NCBI GenBank assembly: GCA_945892755.1
Contig: CAMDDO010000002.1
Coordinates: 58,418 to 122,417 of the forward strand
Length of the DNA: 64,000 bases
Source: Rhizobium sp. Q54
GTDB taxonomy: Bacteria; Pseudomonadota; Alphaproteobacteria; UBA828
Reading direction: 5' to 3'
Shown: positions 61,272 through 64,000 of the stretch, in pieces
How the letters are laid out: each line of letters begins with the position of its first letter
Numbering within the stretch: the stretch's first letter is position 1
Program-made: the position numbers and the translations under genes
Notes under the pieces: model-generated
Seen by the model: the letters and a program-made list of their open reading frames with translations, nothing else
Told to the model about the DNA's origin: nothing
Database searches by the model: none

Positions 61272-61969
61272 CCGGCACGCTTTTTGGCCTCGGCATCGGA
61301 CCGGGCGATCCCGAGCTGATCACGCTCAAGGCGCACGCAATTTTGACGCGCGTCAAGGTGATTGCCTATCCGGCACCCGAACATGGCGAAAGCCTGGCGC
61401 GCCGGATCGTCGCGCCGCATCTGCCAGGCACGCAACGCGAGATCGCGATACGCATGCCGCTCGATGCCGCGCGTTTTCCCGCCCGCGAGGTCTATGACGA
61501 GGCCGCGCGCGAGATTCGTGCCGTGCTCGATGCCGGCGAGGACGTTGCCGCGCTATGCGAGGGCGATCCCTTTCTCTATGGTTCGTTCGCCTATTTGTTC
61601 GCGCGCCTTGCCTCGACCCATAAGGTCGTGGTCGTGCCCGGCGTTTCCTCGCTCACCGCCGCCGCCGCCGCGACCGGACAGCCGCTCGCGCTTCAGCGCG
61701 ATGTGTTGACCGTGATCCCCGCGCCGCTGCCCGATGCCGATATCGCGCGGCGCCTCGAAGATAGCGACAGCGCGGCGATCATGAAGCTAGGCCGACATCT
61801 TGGCCGCGTGCGTGCGCTGCTCGTCGCGCTTGGGTTGATTGAACGAGCCTGGTACATCGAGCACGCCACGATGGCGGCGCAGAAGGTGCTGCCCTTGGCG
61901 CACGCGCCCGAGGCCGCGCCCTATTTCTCGCTGATCCTGATCACCAGCAAAGAGACACCCCGCCTGTGA
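61262..61969 (+). CDS. cobI: Precorrin-2 C20-methyltransferase
   Basis: GTG start overlapping the cobL end. LFGLGIGPGDPELITLKA N-terminus of the class III tetrapyrrole methylases. Confidence 0.85.
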   Translation: MAVTGTLFGLGIGPGDPELITLKAHAILTRVKVIAYPAPEHGESLARRIVAPHLPGTQREIAIRMPLDAARFPAREVYDEAAREIRAVLDAGEDVAALCEGDPFLYGSFAYLFARLASTHKVVVVPGVSSLTAAAAATGQPLALQRDVLTVIPAPLPDADIARRLEDSDSAAIMKLGRHLGRVRALLVALGLIERAWYIEHATMAAQKVLPLAHAPEAAPYFSLILITSKETPRL

Positions 61970-63768
61970 GCGAAACGCCCGCCATCATTGCCCTTACGCC
62001 CGGCGGCCTCGCGCTCGCCCAGCGCCTTGCGGGCCATGTGCCCGGCGCGCTCGTGCACGCAACCGAGAACGCCGGCAAAGGCGATGTCGCGATCGGCCGC
62101 GTGATCTCCCATGTCCGCGCGCTGTTCGAGGCCAATACGCCGATCATTGGTATTTGCGCCGCAGGCATTCTGATTCGGAGCGTCGCGCCCGCGCTTGTCG
62201 ACAAGACCAAGGAACCGCCGGTGCTTGCGGTCGCCGAAGATGGTAGCACGGTCGTGCCGCTGCTTGGCGGCCACCGTGGCGCCAACCGTATTGCGCGTGA
62301 GATCGCCGGGGCGCTTGGCATCAAGGCCGCGCTCACCACCGCGAGTGACGTGAGCCTTGGCACGGCGCTCGACGATCCGCCGGCCGGATACAAATTGGCG
62401 CCGCACTCGAACATCAAAGATGTCGCCGCCGCGCTGCTCGCGGGCGACGCCGTCAACCTCGAGGTCGAGGCCGGCGACGCCGCTTGGCTTGATAACGCGG
62501 CGATCCACCACGATTCCTCGGTGCACGCCGGTATTCTGATTACCGATCGCGCCGTGTTGCCGGGTCCACACACCGTGGTCTACCACCCGGCGGTCCTGGC
62601 GGTCGGCGTAGGCTGTGTGCGCGGTGCTGCCGCGGAGGAGGTGATCGGACTGATTGAAGCCGCGCTTCATGAGGCCGACCTTGCGCCGGCCGCGATCGGC
62701 GGTCTCTTCTCACTCGATCTCAAGCTCGACGAACCGGCTTTTCATGTCGCGTCGCGCCATTTCAACGTGCCGTTTCGCACATTCGATACGCCGGCCCTTG
62801 CGGCCGAGGCCGATCGTTTGGCGACGCCGTCCGACGCGGTGGAGCAGGCGATCGGACTCAAGGGCGTTGCCGAAGCCGCCGCGCTCGCGGCCGCCGGCCC
62901 ACACGGCAAGCTGATCCTGCCGAAGCGAAGCAACCGTTCGGCCACGTGCGCCATTGCGCGCGCGCCTCTGCCCATCGAGGCCGAGCGGCTCGGTCATCGC
63001 CAGGGCGAGCTCGCGGTGATCGGTATCGGGCCCGGCACGAGCGCCTGGCGTACGCCCGAGGCGCACGCGGCTTTAGCCGCCGCCGACGACATCATCGGCT
63101 ATTCGCTTTATCTCGATCTGCTTGGTCCGCTGATCGGCACCAAGGCGCGGCACGACTACGCGCTTGGCGAGGAAGCCGCACGCGCCGAGGCCGCGCTCGA
63201 ACTCGCCGCCAAGGGACGGCACGTCGCGCTGATCTCATCGGGCGATGCCGGGATTTACGGCATGGCCTCGCTCGCGCTCGAAACCATCGAGGCGCGGCTC
63301 GACGATGCGGCGCACCGCACCAGCTTTCGCGTGTTGCCGGGCGTTTCGGCGCTCCAAGCCGCCGCGGCGCGTGCCGGCGCGCCCTTAGGTCATGATTTCT
63401 GCGTGCTCTCGCTCTCGGACCGTCTGACCCCGCTCGCGGTGATCGAACAGCGATTGGCAGCGGCGATCGAAGGCGATTTCGTCATCGCGCTGTTCAACCC
63501 GGCGGGCCAGACACGGCGCGAGCCGCTGAGCCGCGCGCTCCGCCAATTGCGCACCGCGCGACCGCCCGCCTGCCCGATCGTCGTCGCGCGCGAACTTGGC
63601 CGGCCCGACGAGCGCGTCATTGTCACGACGCTCGGCGCGCTCGATGAAGCAAGCATCGACATGCTGAGCCTCCTGATCATTGGCAATAGCACGTCACGCA
63701 TCGTGCGCCATGGTGGCGTCGACTATGTCTTGACGCCGCGTGGCTATCGGGTGACGCCCGCGCGATGA
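61966..63768 (+). CDS. cobJ: Fusion protein: CbiG-like (cobalt-precorrin-5A hydrolase family) N-terminal ~350 aa plus precorrin-3B C17-methyltransferase CobJ/CbiH
   Basis: N-terminal half shows CbiG N/mid/C domain features ([14 protein letters not shown]...; [15 protein letters not shown]...[13 protein letters not shown]). C-terminal half is a class III methylase ([18 protein letters not shown]...[13 protein letters not shown]). Confidence 0.78.
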   Translation: MSETPAIIALTPGGLALAQRLAGHVPGALVHATENAGKGDVAIGRVISHVRALFEANTPIIGICAAGILIRSVAPALVDKTKEPPVLAVAEDGSTVVPLLGGHRGANRIAREIAGALGIKAALTTASDVSLGTALDDPPAGYKLAPHSNIKDVAAALLAGDAVNLEVEAGDAAWLDNAAIHHDSSVHAGILITDRAVLPGPHTVVYHPAVLAVGVGCVRGAAAEEVIGLIEAALHEADLAPAAIGGLFSLDLKLDEPAFHVASRHFNVPFRTFDTPALAAEADRLATPSDAVEQAIGLKGVAEAAALAAAGPHGKLILPKRSNRSATCAIARAPLPIEAERLGHRQGELAVIGIGPGTSAWRTPEAHAALAAADDIIGYSLYLDLLGPLIGTKARHDYALGEEAARAEAALELAAKGRHVALISSGDAGIYGMASLALETIEARLDDAAHRTSFRVLPGVSALQAAAARAGAPLGHDFCVLSLSDRLTPLAVIEQRLAAAIEGDFVIALFNPAGQTRREPLSRALRQLRTARPPACPIVVARELGRPDERVIVTTLGALDEASIDMLSLLIIGNSTSRIVRHGGVDYVLTPRGYRVTPAR

Positions 63769-64000
63769 CGGTTCATTTCATCGGCGCGGGGCCGGGCGCG
63801 CCTGACCTCATCACCGTGCGTGGGCTCAATCTGATCAGTCGTTGCCCGCTCGTGCTCTATGCCGGCTCGCTCGTGCCGCGCGCCCTGCTCGCGAAAGCCC
63901 GCAAGAGCGCGACGATCATCGATACCGCCTCGCTGACCCTCGATGAGATCATCGCGGCGATCGAGGCCGCGCATCGGGCCGGCAAAAATATCGCCCGCGT
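63765..64000 (+). CDS. cobM: Precorrin-4 C11-methyltransferase, 3' end outside window
   Basis: [37 protein letters not shown]; ATGA overlap with the preceding stop. Confidence 0.8.
   Translation, partial: MTVHFIGAGPGAPDLITVRGLNLISRCPLVLYAGSLVPRALLAKARKSATIIDTASLTLDEIIAAIEAAHRAGKNIAR

Overview
This is a high-GC (about 65-70%) alphaproteobacterial chromosomal window that is almost entirely core genome and densely coding on both strands. No tRNA/rRNA genes, CRISPR arrays, IS elements or prophage genes were recognised. Genes from start to end:
- a 5'-truncated hybrid sensor kinase (PAS-HisKA-HATPase-REC-REC-Hpt)
- mutY, a DUF721 protein, a DsbA-family oxidoreductase and smc
- the ATP synthase F0 operon atpI-atpB-atpE-atpF'-atpF, followed by a clean intrinsic terminator
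- the glycine-cleavage operon gcvT-gcvH-gcvP on the minus strand, preceded by a tandem glycine riboswitch
- a CDGSH Fe-S protein plus a lipoprotein, thrB-type homoserine kinase, rnhA, a peroxiredoxin, yqgE, a GNAT acetyltransferase and a TusA-like protein
- a long minus-strand run ctaC-ctaD-ctaB-(39-aa ORF)-ctaG-ctaE-DUF983-surf1-M32 carboxypeptidase-thrC-M16 peptidase
- tldD, a ggt/D-aminoacylase operon, two tandem paralogous secreted Cys-containing proteins of unknown family, then gmd-fcl-gmhB
- an MmcB-like nuclease-fold protein and a protein with a degenerate (probably inactive) EAL domain, convergent with the redox two-component pair regB-regA
- an ABC-2 ATPase/permease pair
- a large cobalamin cluster: cobT | cobS-cobC | B12 riboswitch - cobU-cobW-cobN-cobO-(SYLF protein)-cobQ | cobD | cbiX-cobH-cobL-cobI-(cbiG::cobJ fusion)-cobM (3'-truncated)
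The most unusual non-genic signal is a roughly 110-nt GC-rich palindromic repeat family present in three copies. One copy sits inside the ABC operon, directly after a perfect 29-bp tandem duplication. The other notable points are the mixed early/late cobalt-insertion gene signature in the cob cluster, the paralogous secreted-protein pair, the degenerate-EAL protein next to regBA, and an unannotated translationally coupled micro-ORF in the cox operon.
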